From: Ranitomeya imitator
Lineage: Eukaryota
Assembly (NCBI RefSeq): GCF_032444005.1
Contig: NC_091291.1
Coordinates: 30,752,001-30,816,000 of the forward strand
Reading direction: 5' to 3'
Length of the DNA: 64,000 bases
Made by a program: the position numbers and the translations under genes. Of the stretch, positions 1 through 10,250 are shown piece by piece (position 1 is the first letter of the stretch; each line of letters begins with the position of its first letter). The notes below the pieces were generated by a model. It made no database searches and was not told the origin of the DNA. It saw only the letters and a list, made by a program, of their open reading frames with translations.

Positions 1-2
1 TC

Positions 3-1570
3 AGGGTCACGGACCTGGAGGGAGGGTCACGGACCTGGAGGGAGGGTCACGGACCTGGAGGGAGGGTCACGGACCTGGAGGGAGGGTCACGGACCTGGAG
101 GGAGGGTCACGGACCTGGAGGGAGGGTCACGGACCTGGAGGGAGGGTCACGGACCTGGAGGGAGGGTCACGGACCTGGAGGGAGGGTCACGGACCTGGAG
201 GGAGGGTCACGGACCTGGAGGGAGGGTCACGGACCTGGAGGGAGGGTCACGGACCTGGAGGGAGGGTCACGGACCTGGAGGGAGGGTCACGGACCTGGAG
301 GGAGGGTCACGGACCTGGAGGGAGGGTCACGGACCTGGAGGGAGGGTCACGGACCTGGAGGGAGGGTCACGGACCTGGAGGGAGGGTCACGGACCTGGAG
401 GGAGGGTCACGGACCTGGAGGGAGGGTCACGGACCTGGAGGGAGGGTCACGGACCTGGAGGGAGGGTCACGGACCTGGAGGGAGGGTCACGGACCTGGAG
501 GGAGGGTCACGGACCTGGAGGGAGGGTCACGGACCTGGAGGGAGGGTCACGGACCTGGAGGGAGGGTCACGGACCTGGAGGGAGGGTCACGGACCTGGAG
601 GGAGGGTCACGGACCTGGAGGGAGGGTCACGGACCTGGAGGGAGGGTCACGGACCTGGAGGGAGGGTCACGGACCTGGAGGGAGGGTCACGGACCTGGAG
701 GGAGGGTCACGGACCTGGAGGGAGGGTCACGGACCTGGAGGGAGGGTCACGGACCTGGAGGGAGGGTCACGGACCTGGAGGGAGGGTCACGGACCTGGAG
801 GGAGGGTCACGGACCTGGAGGGAGGGTCACGGACCTGGAGGGAGGGTCACGGACCTGGAGGGAGGGTCACGGACCTGGAGGGAGGGTCACGGACCTGGAG
901 GGAGGGTCACGGACCTGGAGGGAGGGTCACGGACCTGGAGGGAGGGTCACGGACCTGGAGGGAGGGTCACGGACCTGGAGGGAGGGTCACGGACCTGGAG
1001 GGAGGGTCACGGACCTGGAGGGAGGGTCACGGACCTGGAGGGAGGGTCACGGACCTGGAGGGAGGGTCACGGACCTGGAGGGAGGGTCACGGACCTGGAG
1101 GGAGGGTCACGGACCTGGAGGGAGGGTCACGGACCTGGAGGGAGGGTCACGGACCTGGAGGGAGGGTCACGGACCTGGAGGGAGGGTCACGGACCTGGAG
1201 GGAGGGTCACGGACCTGGAGGGAGGGTCACGGACCTGGAGGGAGGGTCACGGACCTGGAGGGAGGGTCACGGACCTGGAGGGAGGGTCACGGACCTGGAG
1301 GGAGGGTCACGGACCTGGAGGGAGGGTCACGGACCTGGAGGGAGGGTCACGGACCTGGAGGGAGGGTCACGGACCTGGAGGGAGGGTCACGGACCTGGAG
1401 GGAGGGTCACGGACCTGGAGGGAGGGTCACGGACCTGGAGGGAGGGTCACGGACCTGGAGGGAGGGTCACGGACCTGGAGGGAGGGTCACGGACCTGGAG
1501 GGAGGGTCACGGACCTGGAGGGAGGGTCACGGACCTGGAGGGAGGGTCACGGACCTGGAGGGAGGGTCAC
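3..1570. repeat. 20-bp minisatellite (GGAGGGTCACGGACCTGGAG)n, ~78 copies
   Basis: Exact 20-nt period; no variant unit seen across the array. Confidence 0.99.
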
Positions 1571-1799
1571 CAGAACTGGCTTAAACATTGCAACTAATAC
1601 TTTAGTACAAAACTTGCCGTTATGAATTGGGGACCCGAGACTTTAGCACCAAATTCTGCAATAATTTGCCCATGTGGCCCATGAAGCACTATAAAATGAG
1701 AGTGTACTGAAGGACTTTGTAAATAAGGGTGTGAACAGTGCTTTAAAAGGGGATTTTCATCTACAATACTCTCAATATAGTAGGTGTAATAGTAGACAC

Positions 1800-1978
1800 C
1801 TCCAATTAGAAATTTGGTATAGTTCTTCTGATTTGTTATGCGTTTCCTCATGTGCAGTAGCTTAGGTATCCATGCTTACAGCCAGTGACAATTAGTGATT
1901 GCAAACGTGGATACCCAAGGTCCTGCACATAACTAAAGAGAGCAAATCAGAACAACTATACTACATGTCTAATTGGAG
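1800..1978. mobile_element. Foldback MITE-like element, ~80-bp imperfect inverted arms; truncated inverted sister copy at 2327-2470
   Basis: ctccaattag...atgtgcag...ggtatcca pairs with tggatacc...ctgcacat...ctaattggag. The copy at 2327 matches it in the opposite orientation. Confidence 0.7.
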
Positions 1979-3076
1979 AGCTTTGCCATTACTCTACCTA
2001 TGGATGTGATTAATCCTGTAAATTTTACCATGAGAAAGTCCACAAGAAGGGGGCTTTAGACTCCTGTTGCCACTAATCCTGCCTCTGCGGATGGGACAGG
2101 CTCAGACCCTCACTACGCAGTCACCTATGCACACGCTCATTAGACCTTTCAATACAAAACATGGGGCTGGGAGATTATATAATTTTGATATGCTAACAAA
2201 CATGAGAAGTTAAAGCCAATCTTGTTCTTTTGCATTGGGAGTCTTCTGGTGTGACCAGCGCTTTAGAAGACGCATATTGCCAGCTCTGAGATATCATGTA
2301 GTAGGTATTGTAATATTGGCAAAAGCCTCCAATTAGACATTTAGTATAGTTCTTCTGATTTGCCGTGTCTTTCCTCATGTGCAGGACCTTAGGAATCCAT
2401 GGTTGCAACCACCAATAGTCACCGAGTGGTTGCAAGCATGGATACCCAAGCTACTGCATATGAGGAAAGAGTCTAGTTCTTCTGATTTGCCAAGTTTATT
2501 ACACATACTACATATTGGGATAGGATCTGGCAATACCCTTTTGAAGCTCTGTACACAACTCCCAATGCTTTAGAACAGTATTGGGTTCCAACCAACTGCA
2601 GGGATATGGTCTTCGATGGCCGTTTAACACCAACCCCTTTTCCCAGCTAATTAACAAATCCTAGAACCCCAGTGTTTGGTATTGAAGAGTTCTAAGGAGC
2701 ATGTGCAGAAGTGAGGATCTGCGACAGCCTTGTGTGATTGGTGGAGCCGGTGTTATCAGCAGAGGCTGATCAGTGACAGGTAATGAGCCTGCTGAAAACA
2801 AGTCTAAAAATAAGCCACCTTCACATGGTAGAACGTGATTAGTCTCACTGATAAGTTGCAGGGGCTGCCGGCCATGTGAGTTGGCACAGCCCACCGGACC
2901 CAATAATATCCTTTCACAAGGCAGCAAAAAAGTTGGCACACCCAATATCTCCAAGACTTAAGCGACGCTGCACCATGTTATGGAACAAAGCCTAACCAAG
3001 TCTGTTAATCCTGCACCAGTGTGCTCTGGATGAGCAGATTCTACACAAACACCAGTACAACTCGTCTTGTGCATTC

Positions 3077-3082
3077 TTTATT
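3077..3082 (-). terminator. Probable AKT1S1 polyadenylation signal (AATAAA on minus strand)
   Basis: tttatt at 3077-3082, ~330 nt downstream of the stop codon. Confidence 0.55.
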
Positions 3083-3194
3083 TGGAGGTATTAAAAAAAA
3101 AAAAAAAAATATGAAGATTGGAGGGTAAAAATTTGTTTTTTTGGTTTCATTGAGTGGTTGAATGCACAGTGAAATCATTGGGAAAAATGCTGGG

Positions 3195-3236
<42 letters not shown>

Positions 3237-3408
3237 AAGTTTAAAATTCATTTGCCCCCCACATTAGGCAGCGAACCAGTCAGTCTGCTAACGGGCGGGT
3301 GTTGGGGGAAGGGAGGGGACGCTGCAAACCATGGAGCTTCATCTGCTGATTTGTATCCTGACAGTAAAGTCCTTAGTGTTCAGACCGGGGGGTCAGATGA
3401 GGACCCCC

Positions 3409-3543
3409 CTAATACTTTCTGTACTTGGTGTGGAAGTCGCCGGTGTTCAGGCGAGGACGAGGGAGGTCGCCGAACGGTTGGCTGTTGTCATGAGCCAGGG
3501 CCCTCATGCTGGCCGCGATCCGGTCCAGGTCTGGAGAAGGAGG
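3409..3543 (-). CDS. AKT1S1: AKT1S1 last coding exon ([44 protein letters not shown])
   Basis: ctctgcag| acceptor after an 80-nt intron; RPRLNT Akt site; TAG at 3411-3409. Confidence 0.96.
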   Translation of the reverse strand, partial: PPSPDLDRIAASMRALAHDNSQPFGDLPRPRLNTGDFHTKYRKY

Positions 3544-4514
3544 CTGCAGAGAGAAGAGGAAGGGTTAATGGTACGCCTCATCGTAAGGCCGGACCCCGAT
3601 GGCCGAGATCACCCTCTCCTCACCCTGGCAGCTTCTTCCTCCGCTGGTCTATTGGTCTGTCTCTTCTCCTTGAAGCCCCACACGGGCACGGTGACCGGCA
3701 GAGACTTGGCGTACTGCTGGACGTTGCGCTGCGGAGGCCCCGGGGCATCTTCCGTCAAGCTGCCATCTGGAAGGAGGAGACATTGTTAGCGTTCCTCAAG
3801 GAACCCATCAATAAGAGTTGAAATTAAAAATTAATTTTTTTATTTAATTACTCATTGCCCAAGTTACAGGCAACTTCTGCAGATAAGGGGTCGGAGGCGC
3901 ATGACCATGCTGCAGATAGGAGTGCAGTCCTAGAAGGATTAGATTGCCCCTTTACATGGTGCCTGTGCATTTCACATCTAAAAGTCTAAGGGTATGTGCA
4001 CACGTCTGGATTTTTAGTGTTTAATTGCGGAATTTTGCTATAAAAACGCCAACATTATGCATCCTATCATTTAGAATGCATTCCGCATTTTTTGTGCAGA
4101 TGTTAGCGTTTTTATCCGCAAAAAAAAAACCACATACCGCAAAAAATCCAGACATGCTCTATCTTTTTGCAGATTTCCTATCAAAAAGGACATTCCGGAA
4201 AATTAAAAAAAAAAAAAAAGCAAAAAATCCATGCAAAAACATGCACAAATTCCGCACGAAAAAAAAAGCACGCGGATTTCTGGCAGAATTCTCAGGATTA
4301 TGTCAGGAAAAAATCCTGACGTGTGCACATAGCCTAAAAATTATCCAGCTCACCCTTTCCAAAATTAATCATCAATGGGGGAGGGGAAATTATGTACTGC
4401 ATGGCATGTTAGGTAGAGATGTCCAGGAAGGGTAAAAGGATCTAGCATATATCTAAAAAAATTTAGATTCAATTCATTAAAAAAATAATTTTTGGATTAA
4501 ATTTGTTTTAAATC

Positions 4515-4546
<32 letters not shown>

Positions 4547-7500
4547 ATGGATCTTTTTAGCCTTCCTGGACACAAGTCTGCATTTCACAGCCCGATCATG
4601 GATCTTCTGCTCTGACCGGCTTCCATAGCGTCTTGCTCTGGAAATTTTGTGGACTTGCAGCCGTCATGTGAATAAGCCTTCAAGGAGGCAATGAACAGCC
4701 GACCTAGAGCCGCACTCACCATCCGTACTCTCTTCCTGATCCGATTCGAAGAAAGGTTCACAGTCTTGGCTATTTGAGTCTTCGTCCATTAGAAAAAGTC
4801 CTAAAAAATAAAAATAAATATAAATTACATTCTGTAGTGTGACTACACCACATAAGCAATGCAATGGCGCCACCTGGAGGACAAGTGCAAGTATTACTGC
4901 CAGGGCAGAGGCTTCCTGTTCAAGCTGGAGGATAATCCAGACACAGCCGGGTAAAGACTGCAAACCTGCAGCAGGTACACAACATACCGTCATGTACCAA
5001 AGGCCTGGATGGCGATTATAGGCCGTCATCTGCACCCCCCCAATTAATGCACATTGGATTCATTAATTTGCCATCTCTCCAATTAGGCAAGAGTTGGGAA
5101 CTCGGTGCATATAGAACATGGAAAGGCGATTCCTGCACAGCTGGTAACTAAAAAGTGGAAAAGTAACAATGCAGATCACTGGTGCGAGACATCCTGGAAC
5201 ATTAGTGAGAGCTGACCTGTAGATCAGGTTCAACACCCAAGAAAGCAAAAAAAAAAAAATTATATATAATATATATTTTTTTTAGAGTTGTCTAGGCACA
5301 GTAGGACCCACCAATCGCAGACTATTGGGAATCTGACATCCAGCCCCCCACTGATCAGCTCTATATTGCTCTGGTAGGGGTTTAGACCCCCCATTGACCC
5401 AGGGTGCTGGGGTCCTTTATATTTTATGCCTGGACCACCCCTTTAATTTCTGTTATGGCAGCCCTATAGGCCCGAGCCCTCATTTCCTTTACCTTAACAC
5501 TTTGGACGCTCCCTACTTTTAAGGAGCACTCTAATGCCATTACATAATGGAGAACCCATTTAATTGGCTTTTTATCATAACTTTAGATAATGTGACCCCC
5601 CAATATAAGAACGCTACTGATTGGCTGAAATATATTTTCCATTGTACACATGAGGTTGTCTTCGGCAGCACATCATCCTGCCTAAATCGTGATGTGCTGC
5701 CGAGTACAGTGGCAGGCTTTTGGGCACTGGATGATTGCTCCGCATGCACCTGAAGCCCGTGTTTAAAGGGCCAGATATTTACTGACTGGTGTCTGTTCAC
5801 CCCGATTACTGGCTGCAAGTGGTCTGTTTTTGACCAATTTCCCCCCCTGCACATTTAAAGGAAAAAAAAAAAAAAAAAAAAAAAAGCCACCATAAAGTCC
5901 AACAAGACAAACTGATTTTTTTCGAAAACGGAGCCCCTGTTGCTCACAGCGATCAGCTGGTCATTTCCATAGGAAGTGACAGAACTGAGGCCGTGTGTTT
6001 AGCAGCAGTCGGTCAGTAAGCCGTACTCCTCCAGATGAAGATCTGACAAGGATCTATGGTGGGCAGTAAACTCGCTGGAGCTAAACCTCCCCCGTCTGTA
6101 GGCACATATCACAAAGCCCAAACTACAAATAACAGCCCCTCCTGCAAGAGCAGCAACCCCAATACTGCACCCAAAACCACAACTACAGACCCCAGAGTTG
6201 TCAGACCGCCCATATCAAGGTGAAGGGCCATTATATATAGTTGTATCCTTATCACCTAATGTGACTTTATTTTGGCACTCGCAGACCTTGAGATGTGTTT
6301 GGGGAGGTTCTGCTCCCATTCCTGGTCAGGGTGTCCTTGTCTATGGAGATAAGGCCGAGCTGCTCCTTCAGGACCACCCCACCATTGCCTGTACTTTGTA
6401 GGGTTGTGTTTTGCAGCCAGGAACTGCATGGCAAGCACAGATGAGGCACGCGATACCCAGAACGCCAATGTGAACCTAAAAAGCCAAAATTTAACATGTT
6501 CCCTGGCTGTGATCACTGAAGAGGAACCTCAACGGGTGATGTGCCTCATCTCCATGAAGGACAGATGGCTGGTTAGGACGGTCCCCAGCGGTCACTCCTG
6601 ATTGACAGCCCTCCCCTCCTACATGCAGACGTGTCAGGGGGGCAGAGAAGTGACTGGGGGGGGGGGGGGGGGGTCTTACTTCTGAACACCAGTCATGACG
6701 CCTGTTTGGGTTTTCTAGAGTCAGCTGCCAGGATTTAGGCATCGCATCCTCCTCTAGTGACTTCCATGCCCCCCCCCCAGGAGGGCCGGGTGCCATCATT
6801 ACACACCTTGTAGTCAAATATTATACAATTAGGCTTTCCAGTGACCCCTGCAGCCAAACTGGCCATCGTTCCTCTGTTACACCTCCTGGAAATGCCCACC
6901 CAAGTCAGATACTAGAAAGCCATGGTAAATAAGTGCAACATGACCAGCACCCCCCCCCCCCTATAAGACCGTAGGGAACAAAAGCCATCACCGGCGGGAT
7001 GTAGAGTCCAGTGGTCAGATTTCCAGGAGGAATAATGACGGACCAGGCAGAGTTATAAGAAACGCACCACAAGATCGGGGGGCTATCCTGCAGCAGGAGC
7101 CCATCAGACACGTCAATGAGCGGTCACAATTCTTTTACGTTACCCGATCAGATTGGAGATTTGTTTAATATGGCTGCAAAGTGGCCGAGCAGCGCACCCC
7201 TCACCTGTCGTGTCACTAGGAGCATTGTCAGTGGCCCTATGCAAGGGGCCCTCCTTGTAATCCTCATCATAGTCTTCATCGGGGGAGGCGAGGTTTGGGA
7301 GCAGCTCGGGCCCCTGAGATAGTGGCCCCTGCTTAGACCTGTCATTGTCCTCCAGCGCAGAGAAGCCTTCCGTGCCGTATATAGAGGGGTAGCTCTTGGA
7401 GTACGAGTTCCTGCCCCCAGCGGACTCTTTGGTGGTCTTGTTGAGGGGCATGGGGCTGGTGTAGGCAGTGGTCTTGTGCACCACGGTAATGTCCTCGACG

Positions 7501-7682
7501 TATCGCTGGGCGGCCTCCAGGAGCAGGCCGCTGCCGTGCACCGTGTACCCGTAGCTGGTGAAGATCTTCGGCTTGTACGCCGTCAGCAGCACAACGTCGT
7601 TCCCAGTCTGGCGACGATACTTGTCCGCAGCGCTGATCAGGGCTTCCCAGGCCTCCTTGTGGTTGTCAACCATGTCACTCAT
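3409..7682 (-). CDS. AKT1S1: AKT1 substrate 1 / PRAS40, complete spliced CDS join(7682..7205,4800..4720,3766..3624,3543..3409), 837 nt = 278 aa + stop
   Basis: The spliced translation carries the PRAS40 hallmarks: N-terminal [27 protein letters not shown] motif [46 protein letters not shown] and C-terminal Akt site [17 protein letters not shown]. All three introns are GT-AG with consistent phases (1,1,0). It lies head-to-head with TBC1D17 as in mammals. Confidence 0.97.
3624..3766 (-). CDS. AKT1S1: AKT1S1 third coding exon ([48 protein letters not shown])
   Basis: ccttccag| acceptor, AGG|GTGAGG donor, 143 nt, YAKSLP motif. Confidence 0.95.
3987..4337. mobile_element. Non-autonomous DNA transposon (MITE) in an AKT1S1 intron
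   Basis: Terminal inverted repeats agggtatgtgcacacgtc / gacgtgtgcacatagcct with internal short ttccgca/aaaa subrepeats. Related copies lie at ~10405-10640 and ~11370-11540. Confidence 0.7.
4720..4800 (-). CDS. AKT1S1: AKT1S1 second coding exon ([27 protein letters not shown]), TOS motif
   Basis: ttttttag| acceptor, G|GTGAGT donor, 81 nt, FLMDE TOS motif. Confidence 0.95.
7205..7682 (-). CDS. AKT1S1: AKT1S1 first coding exon ([12 protein letters not shown]...SDTTG)
   Basis: ORF 7140..7682 matches the PRAS40 N-terminal region. Acceptor tcctccgcag| gives an exon start at 7699; donor ACAG|GTGAGG follows 7205. A second Met at 7673 is an alternative start. Confidence 0.93.
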
Positions 7683-9037
7683 GATGAGATGTTGTCAGTC
7701 TGCGGAGGATGGAGAAAAAAAAAAAAAATTATAAAATAAGTTATTGCTATGCAAGACCCCCATGGATAGGAGTGCGGACCCCACTGTAGGGACAGCTGGA
7801 AAGTTTAGGATAGTCACAAAAGTTGGGCAAAAACTTCACTACAACTTTTCTGCAGTCTATGATGAGGGGGGTTAACTTCCTAAAAATATAAGCGGGATGA
7901 TCAGTCCAGAAATTGTGATTTTAACACCACCGGACCCTCATAGAGAAGACCACCCAAAGTCAGATACCAGCCAGTATGCTGCCACCGACTGATCCTGCAG
8001 GGTGGGATATAGGACCACTGGTTCTAGGTCATAAAACTAGGCCTATAGGGGCTGTAGCTACATCTATAGGTGGGGGATGAACTTGCCGATTGTCGGGGGT
8101 CCCAGTGTTTGGGCCATTGTCTATGGGACTGTTGGAAGTCGCGGAGCAGAGTACTCTGCCCTTCTCCAGCAGTCCCATAGGCAATGAATAGAGATGATGT
8201 TTAATATCTGCACCATCAAGACTTGTCTAAGTGGTACTAAACCCCCCCCCCCCCCCATCTTAAGAAAAAACCCTTTAAGTGCCAGAAAGGAGGATTAGGC
8301 CGGCACTCAAGCTCATCCCCGTGTTCCTACAGGTGGGTGACCAAGACCCTTGTTCAATGACTAGTATCAGTTTATAGAAAATCCCTTTAAGAGGAGGCAA
8401 AGCTATACTTTAACAAAAAAAAAAACACAACTTAAAGAAGGAAGTCATGAAAGCCCAACATACTTGTAGCAGCAATGACAGGGCACTTCTGACCGGCTGA
8501 GAGGTTCCTAGAAGTAGTGGAATACTTCAGCAGATTGGTTTAGTAATGTGATGGCAGTGAGTACACCGGCCTCATCAGGTCTACAGTTTGGTGACAGATG
8601 TGTGGCACTTGGAGGTCACACCAGTCCTGCTGAGAAGCCATTGGTCAGCCTCACACCAGCCCACAGTAAAGCTAATAGGGGCTTCAGAAAACCCACCTCA
8701 GTCACACAATCATTGCCTTAGATAAGATTGGGAATTGACTCTTTTGGAAAACAAGAACTTCTGCATTTGGGCCAATGTTTGCCTTTTATATAGGCTATGG
8801 CTGAAGGAGTCATCTGAGAACCCATCAGTGAGCGCATTCTGGAATCCTCAGCTGATTAAGGCTTTATATTGCGCATTAAGGGGTTATAATGGGATAGGAA
8901 ATATTAGGGCTTAATTATCTCATTTAGAGTGACGAATTTGTGTCCCTTTCACTAAATAGTATGACAGCTTTAAAGGGAATGAATGGAGCATGAGCACCGG
9001 CTTGAATAAAAGATTATTTTTATTTAATTTTTTTTAA

Positions 9038-9112
9038 AGGGGGTTGTCCATTAATTTACAGGATGGGGTTATTATTTATTCAGATCCCATCCTGTAAAAT
9101 AGACAACCCCCT
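9038..9112. mobile_element. T2/Kolobok-type MITE, 75-bp hairpin flanked by TTAA
   Basis: TTAA|AGGGGGTTGTCC...GACAACCCCCT|TTAA with an inner arm pair ttacaggatggg / cccatcctgtaa. Similar ttaaaggg...ccctttaa elements recur, e.g. near 5300-5445, 8270, 25050, 54690 and 57020. Confidence 0.75.
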
Positions 9113-9599
9113 TTAAAAAAAATAAAATAAATAATAGTCAGACCCCATCCTGTGAATTCATGGACAATCCCTTGAAGAAAAAAGCCACAGAAAATGCAAT
9201 AATAAATATATATATATAAAATTCCTGACCCAACACACGTGCATTTACATAAATTTGCCAGAAAGTGGACAACCCCTTTAAGCAATAACTTCTACAAGTG
9301 ACCAGAACAATGTAACCTTCTGCTGCAGAGCCAGCACTGCTCACAGCTGAGGGTTTGCTGCAGTCTGGGCCCCCACATGTGTAATAGAAGCTGACATTTT
9401 CTGCAGGACCTAGGGAAGCCCTCAGATCAGTGTGTAGGAGCTATTGCTCCCTGGTATCAGCCACTGCAGGCTGTCTGTAGGAGCAGTGCACCCAGTGGGC
9501 TCCTTACATGCAGGACTGGGGGCGATAGGGGGGCAGCCCCCTCCGGAACATGTGGACTTCAGGTTGGGGGCTCCCTTAAAGGGTCAGTTAAAACTCCTA

Positions 9600-10250
9600 C
9601 TTGCAGGAAGAGGTAGAGAAAGCGTGAAGAACTACAAATCCCAGCATGCCAGGCATGAGAAGTGCACGCTGGGAGCAGTGGGAATGCCCAGCAGCCGGCC
9701 TCGGTGCAGGACGGAGACAACGAGCAGCCAGAACACACTTGTTACCTGCAGCCTGATCCAAGCCCGGAGCCCTCGAGGGTCGCACAACCACAAGCGTCAC
9801 CGCCGACCTATCCCCCACAGCCCGCCCACCGCTCTTTATAGCCCGTAACCCCGCCCCTTCGTCCTATCCACGCCCACCGTCCCGTACGTGCCAGCGACAA
9901 AAATGGCGCCGGTCCTCCCTCACCTTCCTCAATTACTCTAACTACAGCCCGTATTCCCGACAAATCACTCTTTTACCGCAGATGATTTAATTTCCGACCG
10001 TGCGGGATAAAAATAACTGGAATAAAACAGGGTAACGAGAGAGTCATTTTGCCCTCAGTTAAGATGGCGGCGGTGAGCGTGCGTCCCCTCAGTGCGGGAG
10101 GCGGCTGACACTGGCCACGCCCCCTCAGTTTGTTTATTTCATAGCGCAGATTGTTCACAGAGGGGCAGACGGTCCCGCGGGAGGCGCGGTGTGGGGGGCG
10201 GCGCGGAATAACGCGGGGAAAACGGCCCCCGATGGTTTCCTGAGCAACAA
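9600..10250. promoter_or_regulatory. CpG-rich promoter of AKT1S1 with bidirectional-promoter motifs
   Basis: ZNF143/SBS-type ACTACAAATCCCAGCATGCC 9631-9650; GC boxes (cccgccc, ccgcccc) 9820-9860; YY1-type AAAATGGCG ~9900 and AAGATGGCGGC 10061-10071; high CpG density relative to the flanks. Confidence 0.75.
9746..9810 (-). other. AKT1S1: Probable non-coding exon 1 of AKT1S1 (5' end approximate)
   Basis: Minus-strand donor CAG|GTAACA at 9746/9745 inside a CpG-rich patch. A TATA-like TATAAAG (+ strand ctttata 9835-9841) and GC boxes lie just upstream. A second minus-strand donor (AAG|GTGAGG at 9924/9923) could mark an alternative exon 1. Confidence 0.55.

Noticed and set aside
1571-3070. Exons of PNKP, the mammalian neighbour of AKT1S1
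   Set aside because: No ORF or exon resembling the PNKP FHA domain was found in this interval
3162-3821. Plus-strand 219-aa and 152-aa ORFs
   Set aside because: Antisense shadows of the AKT1S1 3' exons
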